A stretch of DNA of 54,566 nt from Vampirovibrionales bacterium. GTDB lineage: Bacteria > Cyanobacteriota > Vampirovibrionia > Vampirovibrionales > JAJTHC01. The stretch spans positions 1 through 54,566 of the forward strand of contig JBIKUS010000001.1 of NCBI GenBank assembly GCA_044347425.1. The letters are read 5' to 3'. Under the pieces are notes generated by a model. That model saw nothing but the letters and a program-made list of their open reading frames with translations. It was not told where the DNA came from and ran no database searches. Shown here one piece after another: positions 35,848 to 44,852 of this stretch (its first letter is position 1; every line of letters begins with the position of its first letter). The position numbers were made by a program, and so were the translations under genes.

Positions 35848-36369
35848 ATGAAACACATCACCCTTGCCGAACTCACCCCCGCTGACTACCCTTACCTTAT
35901 TGACGTACGCTCTGCCTACGACTACGAACAAGGCCACTTGCCTGGTAGCATCAACATCCCCCTAGCTGGCCTACGCCGAGCCACTGACGAAATTGCAGCC
36001 CTGCCCAAAGCTATTTTGGTATGCAACCGTGGTAAAACCGCCCAACAAGCCGCCGAAATCCTTGAAAGCCTCGACATTAAAAACGTCAGTGTTTTAGAAG
36101 GTGGCGTAGCCGCTTGGAAGGCAGCAGGCAAGCCCCTCTCCCTTTCAGCACGCGCAAGCAATGCACCTTGCCCTAAAAAAATGCGCTTAGCGGGTGCGGG
36201 TTTATTGCTCTTAGCGGCCTTCCCCGCCTTGCGTATCGTCACCGTCATCGCTGGTTTGTTTCTTTTCCTGCACTCGTTTAAAGCCCAAACTGCCGAGCCT
36301 TGCCCTTTTATGGTGGGTCTAAGTCGTTGGGGCGAGCGTCTCAGCCTGATTAAAAAACTACTCCCGTAG
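35848..36369 (+). CDS. rhodanese-domain protein with a YgaP-like C-terminal membrane segment
   Basis: LIDVRSAYDYEQGHLPGSINIPL and active-site loop CNRGKTA. C-terminal hydrophobic helices. Confidence 0.8.
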   Translation: MKHITLAELTPADYPYLIDVRSAYDYEQGHLPGSINIPLAGLRRATDEIAALPKAILVCNRGKTAQQAAEILESLDIKNVSVLEGGVAAWKAAGKPLSLSARASNAPCPKKMRLAGAGLLLLAAFPALRIVTVIAGLFLFLHSFKAQTAEPCPFMVGLSRWGERLSLIKKLLP

Positions 36370-36371
36370 CC

Positions 36372-37103
36372 GTGACAACTGCCCTTAATGATATTGGCTT
36401 GGTGTGGGTACATGGTATTTTTGGCCACCCCGCAGAGTTTACACCAGTCGTCCCTTACTTTACTGAAAGGGGCTATTGGTGCCATTGTGTCACCCTGCCA
36501 GCGCACGGTAGCCAACCCAGCCAACACTTAGGGCAAACCTCTCACCTTGAGTTTGTCGACCACTTGCGGCAGGAAGTGGCGTGGGCTGGCCAGCAGTGCC
36601 AGCGGGTCTGCCTTATTGGCCACTCGTTGGGAGGGATGCTCTCGTTGGCGGTGGCGGGCAGCCAACCCGAGGCTTTGTGTGGTGTTATTGCCCTAGGTGC
36701 CGCCTTTGAGGAGGCTTACTTACTCAACCCCGCCCTATGGCTTAAAGCAGGGTGGGCTAGGTTACGAGCATCGTTGCCCTATGTGCCAGACTATTGGCAT
36801 GGTAACGATAGGCCACGCTTGCCCCTCAAGCACCTTAAGCACTTTAGGCAACAGGGGACAGATTTGCTCAGCCATTTGCAAACACAATTGCCTAACATTA
36901 CCGTGCCTACCTTATTAGGCCATTCGCCTTATGATTTGTCTGTGCCGTATGAGGAGATGCACAAGCTGTACCACGTGCTGCACGAGGCAGGGGTACCTGT
37001 CACTACCTTTACCTTAGAGCAGTGTGGGCATCAAATTTTCCCGCTCAGTAAGGGACAAACTGCCACGTTGGCAGCTATTCAACGCTTTGTCGAAAAACTT
37101 TAG
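36372..37103 (+). CDS. alpha/beta hydrolase (esterase/lipase-like)
   Basis: VWVHGIFGHP and the GHSLGG nucleophile elbow. C-terminal GH. GTG start. Confidence 0.7.
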   Translation: MTTALNDIGLVWVHGIFGHPAEFTPVVPYFTERGYWCHCVTLPAHGSQPSQHLGQTSHLEFVDHLRQEVAWAGQQCQRVCLIGHSLGGMLSLAVAGSQPEALCGVIALGAAFEEAYLLNPALWLKAGWARLRASLPYVPDYWHGNDRPRLPLKHLKHFRQQGTDLLSHLQTQLPNITVPTLLGHSPYDLSVPYEEMHKLYHVLHEAGVPVTTFTLEQCGHQIFPLSKGQTATLAAIQRFVEKL

Positions 37104-37208
37104 GTGTTTGTTAAAAGTACCCTAAGGTTTGCAGGCTAAAGCCTTTTGCCGTGGTAAGCTCCCCAAGTGACCATTTTACACCCACCCTGTACGAAAGAGA
37201 TTTTCACT

Positions 37209-37715
37209 ATGACAAAGACGTTAAAAGCTCCGTCGTCGTTACATGCTAGCCGTATTACCTTGCCACAAGAAACTCGTTTGGCCGTACTGCCGTTATTGCA
37301 AACCGCTTTGTATGCCACCATTGATTTAAAATGGCGCATAAAACAAGCCCACTGGAACATTAAAGGCCCTAACTTTATTGCCCTACACAACTTGTTTGAC
37401 GAATTAGCCGCCGAACAAGACGTTCATGCCGACGAGCTGGCCGAGCGTATGACCGCCTTAGGTGGTCACCCTATTAGTGATATTAGAGAAGTGGCCAGCA
37501 ATAGCATCCTTGGGCAAACACCGCTGAAGGCGACAACCGCCAACGAGTTACTGACCGATTTAGCCGAGGCCTATGCCACCATGCACGAAGACTTTGCCAA
37601 CAGTATTGAGCGTTCAGGCGAAGCTAACGATTCTGTGACCGAAGACTTGTTTACGGGCATGACACGCACCTTGGCCATGCGCTTATGGTTTATTGAAGCC
37701 CATTTCGCTAATTAG
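37209..37715 (+). CDS. dps: Dps (DNA starvation/stationary-phase protection protein)
   Basis: LKWRIKQAHWNIKGPNFIALHNLFDELAAEQDVHADELAERMTALGG is the Dps ferroxidase-site region. Start set at the ATG at 37209. Confidence 0.9.
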   Translation: MTKTLKAPSSLHASRITLPQETRLAVLPLLQTALYATIDLKWRIKQAHWNIKGPNFIALHNLFDELAAEQDVHADELAERMTALGGHPISDIREVASNSILGQTPLKATTANELLTDLAEAYATMHEDFANSIERSGEANDSVTEDLFTGMTRTLAMRLWFIEAHFAN

Positions 37716-37730
37716 TTTTATTCCCCTTAC

Positions 37731-37767
37731 AGGGGCAAGCGGAGTCTCTCCCCTTGCCCCTTTTTTT
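37731..37767 (+). terminator. rho-independent terminator of dps
   Basis: AGGGGCAAG-N13-CTTGCCCCT, a 9-bp GC-rich stem followed by seven T residues, starting 16 nt after the stop codon. Confidence 0.85.
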
Positions 37768-37790
37768 GTTGTTTTGAGGAGTGTTGTGTG

Positions 37791-38234
37791 ATGTTGATGA
37801 GTGCATCTTGGTTATTAGCCCAAGGGGTAGCACCGTTGTTGCTGCGTTTGGCTTTAGGTGCGGTATTTATAGCCCATGGGGCTGATAAGTTATGGGGTAC
37901 CTTTGGCGGCGATGGTTTTGAGGCCATGGTGGCCTTTTTACAAAGCCAACATATTGAGCCTGCCTATTGGCAAGCGTTAGCCGCCAGTTGGGGCGAATTT
38001 GGCGGAGGCGTGTTGGTAACGCTGGGGCTTTTCTCTCGGTTTGGGGCGGCTTTAATTGCGGTTACCATGGCTGTGGCTACTTTTGTGGTGCATTGGCAAG
38101 GCGGCTTCTTTTTGCATAACAATGGCTTTGAATACACGCTGGTGTTGCTGTGCGTGGCCTTGTACCTTGTACTTGCAGGCCCTGGCCTCTGGACGCTTGG
38201 GCGAGTATTGCGCCTACCCCAACCCCTGCACTAG
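37791..38234 (+). CDS. DoxX family membrane protein
   Basis: LLRLALGAVFIAHGADKLWGTFGG motif and four TM helices. Confidence 0.8.
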   Translation: MLMSASWLLAQGVAPLLLRLALGAVFIAHGADKLWGTFGGDGFEAMVAFLQSQHIEPAYWQALAASWGEFGGGVLVTLGLFSRFGAALIAVTMAVATFVVHWQGGFFLHNNGFEYTLVLLCVALYLVLAGPGLWTLGRVLRLPQPLH

Positions 38235-38353
38235 CGTTGTAAGAGGTTCTCTCCACTGGGTTGGCTAACTTTTGGCCAAGGTGGGTACGGCAAGGGTTGC
38301 CCTAGGCTACACTAACAGGGTAACTCCCTTGCTCCCACCTGTGTAGGCCACTT

Positions 38354-39415
38354 ATGGGTAAAAAAGTTAAACACCCCGAACATGAAAACCTCGAACGCTG
38401 GCTAGTCTCCTACGCCGACTTTATTACCCTGCTGTTTGCTACCTTTACGGCCTTGTTTGCCATCGCCCAATCGCAACTCACCAACGCCAAAGCCGTGGCC
38501 GATGCGATTAAGCAATCCTTCCAGCAGCAAAGCCTGTTGGGGGGCATACAATCGCTGTTTGAAGGCACCAGCAGCTCGGCAGACAGCACCAGTATGATAC
38601 AAACCCAAACAGGCATGGGCGAAGGGGTGGTAGGTGCCTACGAAAGCCTCACCCCCAACCGTGGCACCAAACAAGAAGCCCAAGAAACGCTAGACGATGT
38701 GGAGGCCTTGGCTGAAAGCATCAACGCCCTAACCGAGGAGCTTAACGAGGAGCTGGCACAAGCCCTTGCCGTGGGAGCCAATTCGTCGGCCAGTGGGTTA
38801 GCCGCCAACGAGTTTGAAGGCGAAGGCCTCAGGGGTGTCACCGTCACCCAGCAAGAGCGGGGCTTACGGGTGAGCTTAGACAGCAGGCTGCTGTTTGCAG
38901 CAGGCAGTGCCACGCTGTTACCCGCCAGCCAAAAAGCCATGGTGGCCATTGTACAACGCCTGCGCCCCTACGCCCAACAACATTTAATACAGGTAGAAGG
39001 CCATACAGATAGCCAAGGCTTCAGCTCGCCCCAGTTCCCCAGCAACTGGGAACTCTCCACCGCTAGGGCGGCGGTAGTGGTACGGCAATTGATAACGGGA
39101 GGCTTACCTGCTCAGCACTTGGTAGCGGCAGGCTATGCAGCCACAAGGCCCGTGGCCAGCAACGCCACACCCCAAGGCCGAGCCCTCAACCGACGTATTG
39201 ATATTATGTTGTATAACGAGGTGGCTGGCCCCCTCACCGACCCTGGCAGCCAATTCAGCAAAGAGAAACCCTACCTTGCCCCGCCAGAAGCTAAAGCTAG
39301 CTTGGCCGAGAGAGCCGCCAGCTTAAAAGCCCAACAGCCCCAAGTAGCAACCCCCTCCAACTTGGCCGACAAACCCCTTGAGGCCGTGCTGCTTCGGGTG
39401 GAAAGCTCTGATTAA
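38354..39415 (+). CDS. motB: MotB-type flagellar stator / OmpA-family protein, with no adjacent motA
   Basis: ERWLVSYADFITLLFATFTALFAI plug/TM region including the conserved Asp. C-terminal VEGHTDSQG...NRRIDIML OmpA-like domain. Confidence 0.8.
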   Translation: MGKKVKHPEHENLERWLVSYADFITLLFATFTALFAIAQSQLTNAKAVADAIKQSFQQQSLLGGIQSLFEGTSSSADSTSMIQTQTGMGEGVVGAYESLTPNRGTKQEAQETLDDVEALAESINALTEELNEELAQALAVGANSSASGLAANEFEGEGLRGVTVTQQERGLRVSLDSRLLFAAGSATLLPASQKAMVAIVQRLRPYAQQHLIQVEGHTDSQGFSSPQFPSNWELSTARAAVVVRQLITGGLPAQHLVAAGYAATRPVASNATPQGRALNRRIDIMLYNEVAGPLTDPGSQFSKEKPYLAPPEAKASLAERAASLKAQQPQVATPSNLADKPLEAVLLRVESSD

Positions 39416-39416
39416 C

Positions 39417-39513
39417 TAGGCAATAAAAACCGATGAGAGGCGTTATAGGCATACTTGGGCGATGCTGTGCTACCCACGTGTGCTGTTACCTCGTTTTTTC
39501 AGGAGTTTTACTG
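39417..39513 (+). promoter_or_regulatory. conserved 5' region (copy 1) of a duplicated small-gene unit; contains a hairpin
   Basis: TAGGCAAT-N16-CGTTATAGGCATACTTGGGCGATGCTGTGCTACCCACGT...AGGAG. ACTTGGG (39453-59) pairs with CCCACGT (39473-79) with 1 mismatch. Confidence 0.5.
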
Positions 39514-39825
39514 ATGTTTTCGTCTGTTGCACACCCACCAAGGGTACAACCGCAAGCCGTTGTTGCTTCTCGCCCCGCTGGGTTTGGTAACAGAGAACAC
39601 ATACAAAACATCAAGGCCATCCTGCAAACCCTTGAAACCACTGCGCCAGAGGCACTAAAGGCTTTAAAAGATTTAACCCTTAAGCAAACCCCCATCCCCG
39701 AGGAACACAAACCTACGCTAGCCGATGCAGGGTTGATCTTCCCACAGGGACACAAACAGCCCTACACCATGAAACTTGGGGTAAAAACTGCGATTCACGA
39801 ACTGTATGCCGCTAGTCATAGGTAG
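39514..39825 (+). CDS. small hypothetical protein, paralogue A (103 aa)
   Basis: ATG 8 nt after AGGAG. The N-terminus MFSSV...VQPQAVVASRPAGFGN is shared with paralogue B. Confidence 0.55.
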   Translation: MFSSVAHPPRVQPQAVVASRPAGFGNREHIQNIKAILQTLETTAPEALKALKDLTLKQTPIPEEHKPTLADAGLIFPQGHKQPYTMKLGVKTAIHELYAASHR

Positions 39826-39921
39826 GCAATTGAGAGCCTTTAGGGACGTTATAGGCTTACTTGGGCGGTGCTGTGTTACCCAAGTATGCTTACGGCCTCG
39901 TTATTTTTAGGAGTTTTGCTC
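39823..39921 (+). promoter_or_regulatory. conserved 5' region (copy 2) of the duplicated unit; perfect 7-bp hairpin
   Basis: TAGGCAAT-N16-CGTTATAGGCTTACTTGGGCGGTGCTGTGTTACCCAAGT...AGGAG. ACTTGGG (39859-65) pairs with CCCAAGT (39879-85). Confidence 0.5.
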
Positions 39922-40326
39922 ATGTTGTCATCCATATCTTTTGCTAGCCCTGTTAGGTTTGCCCCACAAGCCCAAGCTAAGGTACAACCGCAAACCCTTG
40001 GTGTGGCACCTCGCCCCGCTAGTTTTGGTAATGCACAGAATCTTATTCTTGAGACTTTAAACCAATTAGTTACTGGTAATGAAGCCGATAAATCAGCTTT
40101 TGTAGCTCTTGTTCTCAAAGTGCGAGATATGGAACCTACTTGGAACTTATCAGCCTTAGGTGCAACCCTAATAGAAGGTATGCGTGCTAACATCACCTTA
40201 GAAAACAGAAAAATTCCTGATGCACAAGCTGCCACGCTTGAAAGATTCAGCTTAGTTGACCAATATGGTGTACCAAACTCCCCTGTAGTTGCAGTGGTTA
40301 AAGAGTTTTTTAATACAGCTCGCTAG
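39922..40326 (+). CDS. small hypothetical protein, paralogue B (134 aa)
   Basis: ATG 8 nt after AGGAG. The N-terminus MLSSI...VQPQTLGVAPRPASFGN is shared with paralogue A. Confidence 0.55.
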   Translation: MLSSISFASPVRFAPQAQAKVQPQTLGVAPRPASFGNAQNLILETLNQLVTGNEADKSAFVALVLKVRDMEPTWNLSALGATLIEGMRANITLENRKIPDAQAATLERFSLVDQYGVPNSPVVAVVKEFFNTAR

Positions 40327-40402
40327 CCCCAAGTCTGTGCTTGCGTTACCCTAGTGGCCTTAGCCTTCTCTCCTTTTGCCTTTGTTACGGAGCCACCCCG
40401 CC

Positions 40403-42001
40403 ATGCCCGCCCCACGCACCGCCTTTTTAAGCGTTTACGACAAAACTCACCTTGCCGACTTTGCTCATCAGCTCGTGGTGCGCTTTAATTACCAACTGGT
40501 TGCCACGGGCGGCACCCGTAAGCATCTGCTAGAAGCGGGGCTAGACGTGCAAGAGCTTGGCCAAGTGACAGGCTTTGAACAACTGCTACAAGGCCGAGTC
40601 AAAAGCCTTCACCCCAGCGTGTTTGCAGGCATTTTAGCCCGAGGCGAAGCCGATGCAGCCGAGCTGGCCAAACACCCTGACATTGCGCCGTGGTTGTTTG
40701 ACCTTGTGGTAGCCAATCTCTACCCGTTTGAGGCGGGTTTGGCCTTGGCCGATACTGATCCCGACCAACAGGTGGAACTCATCGATATTGGCGGGTGCGC
40801 TTTATTACGTGCTGCGGCCAAAAACTTTAACCGTGTCACGGTGGTGAGTTCGCCCAGTTATTACGAGCCTGTACTGGTGGATATGGTGGCCAATGGCGGG
40901 CAAACTCGCCTCCCCTTGCGCCAACTACTCGCTCGCGATGCCTTTAAACGCTGCTCCACCTACGACGCTGCCATATCAGCTTGGTTAGACGGCGTGACCC
41001 AAACCCCAGACGCTGGCCTACCCGCCACGCTTCAGCTCACCCTGTACCAAGCCCAACCCATGCGCTATGGCGAAAACCCTCACCAGCCTGCTGCCCTGTA
41101 CACCACCAACCCCAAGGGGCAACTGCCTTACACCCTGTTACAAGGCAAGCCACTCTCCTACAATAACTTGTTAGATACTGAAGCGGCTTGGGGACTCATG
41201 AGCGAATTTGCCGATATGCCTACCGTGGCCATCATCAAACACACTACCCCGTGCGGTGTAGCACAGGCCACCACGCTGGCCAAAGCCTTTAACAACGCCC
41301 TAGGTGCCGACCCGCTCAGTGCTTTTGGCGGTATTGTGGCCCTCAATCGCCCTGTGGATGCGGACGTGGCCGAAGCCCTGACCAGCCTGTTTTTAGAAGT
41401 CGTGGTGGCTCCTGCCTTTACGCAAGAGGCGTTAGCCGTGTTGGCCAAAAAGAAAAACCTTCGGGTCATCGAACGCCACTTACCCACCAGCGATGCCAAC
41501 GGCGAGCCAACGCACCCCGCCACGTTGCAAAACGGCACACGCTTGCGCCAACTCAACGCCGAACTCTTTTTGGCGCAACATTACGACTACGCCAGCACTG
41601 AAGCTAAGCTAGGCACCGAGATTAAAGTCGTCACCAAGGCCAAACCCACCGAAGAGCAGTTAAAAGACCTTGCCTTTGCATGGCGAGTGGCCAAACACGT
41701 TAAGAGCAACGCCATTGTGCTAGCCCGTAACGGCAAAACCCTAGGTATTAGCGGTGGGCAAACCAGCCGAGTGGGAGCTTTAGAGCAGGCCGTGGCCGCC
41801 GCTTGCGACGAAGCCAATGACGCTTGCCTCGCCAGCGATGGCTTTTTCCCCGCCGTGGATAACATCCATGTGGCGGCGCAAAACCGAGTGGGAGCCATTA
41901 TTCAGCCAGGGGGCAGCATTAAAGACCCCGAGGTCATCGCCGCTTGCGACAAATACGGCATTGTGATGGTGACGACAGGCGTGCGTGAGTTTCGCCACTA
42001 A
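40403..42001 (+). CDS. purH: bifunctional AICAR transformylase / IMP cyclohydrolase
   Basis: AFLSVYDKTHLADFA...ATGGTRKHLLEAGLDVQELGQVTGFEQLLQGRVKSLHPSVFAGILAR (MGS-like domain) and the AICARFT C-terminal domain. Confidence 0.95.
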   Translation: MPAPRTAFLSVYDKTHLADFAHQLVVRFNYQLVATGGTRKHLLEAGLDVQELGQVTGFEQLLQGRVKSLHPSVFAGILARGEADAAELAKHPDIAPWLFDLVVANLYPFEAGLALADTDPDQQVELIDIGGCALLRAAAKNFNRVTVVSSPSYYEPVLVDMVANGGQTRLPLRQLLARDAFKRCSTYDAAISAWLDGVTQTPDAGLPATLQLTLYQAQPMRYGENPHQPAALYTTNPKGQLPYTLLQGKPLSYNNLLDTEAAWGLMSEFADMPTVAIIKHTTPCGVAQATTLAKAFNNALGADPLSAFGGIVALNRPVDADVAEALTSLFLEVVVAPAFTQEALAVLAKKKNLRVIERHLPTSDANGEPTHPATLQNGTRLRQLNAELFLAQHYDYASTEAKLGTEIKVVTKAKPTEEQLKDLAFAWRVAKHVKSNAIVLARNGKTLGISGGQTSRVGALEQAVAAACDEANDACLASDGFFPAVDNIHVAAQNRVGAIIQPGGSIKDPEVIAACDKYGIVMVTTGVREFRH

Positions 42002-42018
42002 GGCTTTTATTGAATGGA

Positions 42019-42041
42019 CTACACCCTTATCAGGGGTGTGG
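42019..42041. terminator. hairpin between convergent purH and murJ
   Basis: CTACACCC-TTATCAG-GGGTGTGG (8 bp including one G-U) followed by TCCTGTTATTTC. Confidence 0.4.
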
Positions 42042-42063
42042 TCCTGTTATTTCATACTTGGTA

Positions 42064-43680
42064 TTACATCCCAAATTTACGGCGTACCATGCCTAGCACT
42101 TGCGTAGCGTGACTGAGCCTTAGCACCACACTCATCCCCGCATAACTGGCCACGCCTAGGGTAAAGGCGGTTAGCATCCCTACCCATCCTTGGCCTAACC
42201 CTGCGGGGCTGCACCACCACGCCCACAACAGGCCAGCAGGTAGGCAAGCTAAGGCCATACGGCCAGCCTCCACCCCCAACGCCCCAAAGGGGATAACCGT
42301 GGTATGACGACGCACCAACAGCATCAGCCAGCCCAAGTTAATAAGCGTGACCAGCGTAATGGAGGCTGTAATGCCCCCAACCCCTAAGTTGAGCCATACG
42401 CCCCCTACCAGCAAGGTATTGAGCAACCACTTAACGCCAATCGCACTTACCCCCACCAGCAATGGCGTTTTAGAATCGTTATAGGCATAAAAGACTCGGG
42501 TTAGGGTGTCTCGTAAAAAGTAGGGGAGCATACTGGCGAGTTGAAACCACACCGCCCACGCTACCATGGCCGTATGTTCAGGCTTAAAGCTGCCATGCTC
42601 AAACACCAACCGTATCACGGGTTCCACCCAAAAAAAGGCGAAAATCATGATCGGCATGGTCACCCACCACAACGCCCCTACGCCTTGCTGTACCAATCGG
42701 CCTAGCTCTTCGGGTTGTTGTCGCTCTACCGCCTCAGCCAGCCGAGGGAATAACGGCACCAGTAGGGCGGTTTGCAGCACGCCAATGGGTAGTTGCATCA
42801 GGCGGTTGGCCAAAGTGACGGCCGACCAGCCGCCTTCGGGTAAGTGGTGCGTAAAGCCCATATCCACAAAGGTAAGGGCTTGGCCAATCGTCGTCCCCAC
42901 CATAGCGGGGAAGAGTAAGCCCATCATGGCGTTAAATTCGGGCGAGCGCACCTGCGAGAGGGTGGGACGAAGGGTAAAGCCGTGCTTAAAATAGTCGGGT
43001 AGTTGTAAGGCCACTTGCAACACCCCGCCCACCAACGTACCCATGGCCAGCAGTAAACCCGCATCATCAGCGGGGAAGGCCAACAGACCCACAATCATGG
43101 CAATGCTCAGCATGGTGGGCGACAGAGCCGAGGAGGTAAACGCTTGTCTCACATTCAGCGCACCGTAAAAAATACCCACCAAACTGCCCAACCACACCAG
43201 CGGAGCCATAATGCGCAGTTGCGCAGCCGTTGCGGCCACGAGTGCGGGGTTGGCCTGCTCGCCCCCTAGCAACAGTTGAGACAGGGGCAAGGCCAACCAA
43301 AAAACGATACCCGCCAACACCATAAACACACCACTGGTAACGGTGGTGAGGGTAGCCGCCAAGGCCGTGGCTTGGGCTTGCCCCGCATCGGCTTGCTCTG
43401 GCGAAAAACGAGCAATAACCTTAGACAAGGCCGCCACCGTGGCCGTGTGAAAGGGCCCCCCAAGGCCACCTAACAACACAATGGAGGCTTGGGGCAATTG
43501 CACCGCAGCAAAGTAAGCATCTGTGGCAAGTGATGCACCGTACACGGTGACAATCAGCCAATCTCGGGCAAAGCCAAGCAGTTTACTTACCAACAGCAAC
43601 AAAGCCATCCACCCAACGGCTTTAGCTAAAGAGCCTTGAGCGGGCTTAGGCTTAGCCACGGTGACTGCTACGTCGCTCAT
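42064..43680 (-). CDS. murJ: lipid II flippase MurJ (MviN)
   Basis: SKLLGFARDWLIVTVYGASLATDAYFAA N-terminal signature and about 14 TM segments. Its start overlaps the lepB stop (ATGA). Confidence 0.9.
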   Translation of the reverse strand: MSDVAVTVAKPKPAQGSLAKAVGWMALLLLVSKLLGFARDWLIVTVYGASLATDAYFAAVQLPQASIVLLGGLGGPFHTATVAALSKVIARFSPEQADAGQAQATALAATLTTVTSGVFMVLAGIVFWLALPLSQLLLGGEQANPALVAATAAQLRIMAPLVWLGSLVGIFYGALNVRQAFTSSALSPTMLSIAMIVGLLAFPADDAGLLLAMGTLVGGVLQVALQLPDYFKHGFTLRPTLSQVRSPEFNAMMGLLFPAMVGTTIGQALTFVDMGFTHHLPEGGWSAVTLANRLMQLPIGVLQTALLVPLFPRLAEAVERQQPEELGRLVQQGVGALWWVTMPIMIFAFFWVEPVIRLVFEHGSFKPEHTAMVAWAVWFQLASMLPYFLRDTLTRVFYAYNDSKTPLLVGVSAIGVKWLLNTLLVGGVWLNLGVGGITASITLVTLINLGWLMLLVRRHTTVIPFGALGVEAGRMALACLPAGLLWAWWCSPAGLGQGWVGMLTAFTLGVASYAGMSVVLRLSHATQVLGMVRRKFGM

Positions 43681-44852
43681 TTGGGCAGGGTAGCCACGTC
43701 GGCTTGTGGCTCCAAGGTGCTAGGCGACAAGGTGAGTGTGCCGATGCGGTGGGCTGGCCATAGGCGTAGCCATGCTCGCCCCAGTACTCTGTCTTGGTGT
43801 ACCAGCCCCCAAAAGCGGCTGTCGTAGCTGTCGTTACGGTTGTCACCCATCATAAAATAATACCCCTTAGGTATTACGATAGGCCCACAGTAGCGTTTGG
43901 GCTGTTCTACGGTGCAGGTGGCGGCTATAGCATTGACGTAAGGCTCATTAACCCACTGGCCATTGCGTTTAATACCTTGGTTAGGGATGACTTGTAGTGT
44001 GTCGCCCTCTACTGCAATAAGGCGTTTAATGTAGGCCACATCCACCATCGAGTCTTTGTCGTTAACGAGGCCACTTAGCCCGCTCCACCGCAGTACACGG
44101 CTGATTGGGTCGGTGTTCAGTTGGGCAAACGGGGGGTAAAATACTAAAATGTCCCCCCGTTGGTAGGGTCGCCATAGGCGAGAGGGCTTTTCAACCAGTA
44201 CCCTGTCTTCAATTTGCAGGGCTGGCAGCATGGATTCGGAGGGGATGAGCCGGGGTTCCATTAGCCCTTGGCGTATGACGATTAAAAACAGGAGTAAAGT
44301 CAGTACAAATTCGGTCGCTTCCCACCCTACCCGTAGGCTACGGCGTAGCCACGGTTGGCGTTGCGTAGCTTGGTAGGCAGTAAGCAATTGGCTTTGGCTG
44401 GGCCACACCCCAGAGGCTAAGGGCGACAGGGCTTGCCCTTGGGCAGGTGCGCCACTGGCCAAGGCCATAACAACATGTAGTGGAGCCACTTTTACCACCG
44501 AAGGCGAAGACCCACTTGGGGCAAGGCTTTGGGCAAGCTGAGACGCTTGTTGTAAGACGGTGGGCAGCTCAGGCCAAAAAGCGGCCTCGGGGGGGGGGGG
44601 GGGGTGCTTGGGGGTAAAGCGTAGGCTCGCTGCCAGCTTGCGGGGCGAGGCTCCCGCATGGTGTAGCACCGCATCTAGCTGAGAAAAACGACGTGTATGG
44701 CGTAATAGCAACCACAACACCACCAACGTAGGTGGGTGTTGGGTATAACGTGGCCGTTGCGCTTCGGCTAGGGCATCTGCTACATCTAAGGTAAGCGGTG
44801 GCAGGGTTTCAGGGGTAGGGGGTGCTTGGCTCATCAGCTCAGTATCATACAA
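43677..44852 (-). CDS. lepB: signal peptidase I with a ~190-aa N-terminal extension (an alternative internal start at 44468 would give a standard-length LepB)
   Basis: IPSESMLPAL (catalytic Ser box), YIKRLIAVEGD (Lys box) and YFMMGDNRNDSYDSRFWG box. Confidence 0.8.
   Translation of the reverse strand: MYDTELMSQAPPTPETLPPLTLDVADALAEAQRPRYTQHPPTLVVLWLLLRHTRRFSQLDAVLHHAGASPRKLAASLRFTPKHPPPPPEAAFWPELPTVLQQASQLAQSLAPSGSSPSVVKVAPLHVVMALASGAPAQGQALSPLASGVWPSQSQLLTAYQATQRQPWLRRSLRVGWEATEFVLTLLLFLIVIRQGLMEPRLIPSESMLPALQIEDRVLVEKPSRLWRPYQRGDILVFYPPFAQLNTDPISRVLRWSGLSGLVNDKDSMVDVAYIKRLIAVEGDTLQVIPNQGIKRNGQWVNEPYVNAIAATCTVEQPKRYCGPIVIPKGYYFMMGDNRNDSYDSRFWGLVHQDRVLGRAWLRLWPAHRIGTLTLSPSTLEPQADVATLPK
44589..44604. 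repeat. 16-nt homopolymer (G16 on plus, C16 in the coding sense) inside the lepB N-terminal extension
   Basis: Counted directly. Encodes the PPPPP in ...TPKHPPPPPEAAF... Confidence 0.95.
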
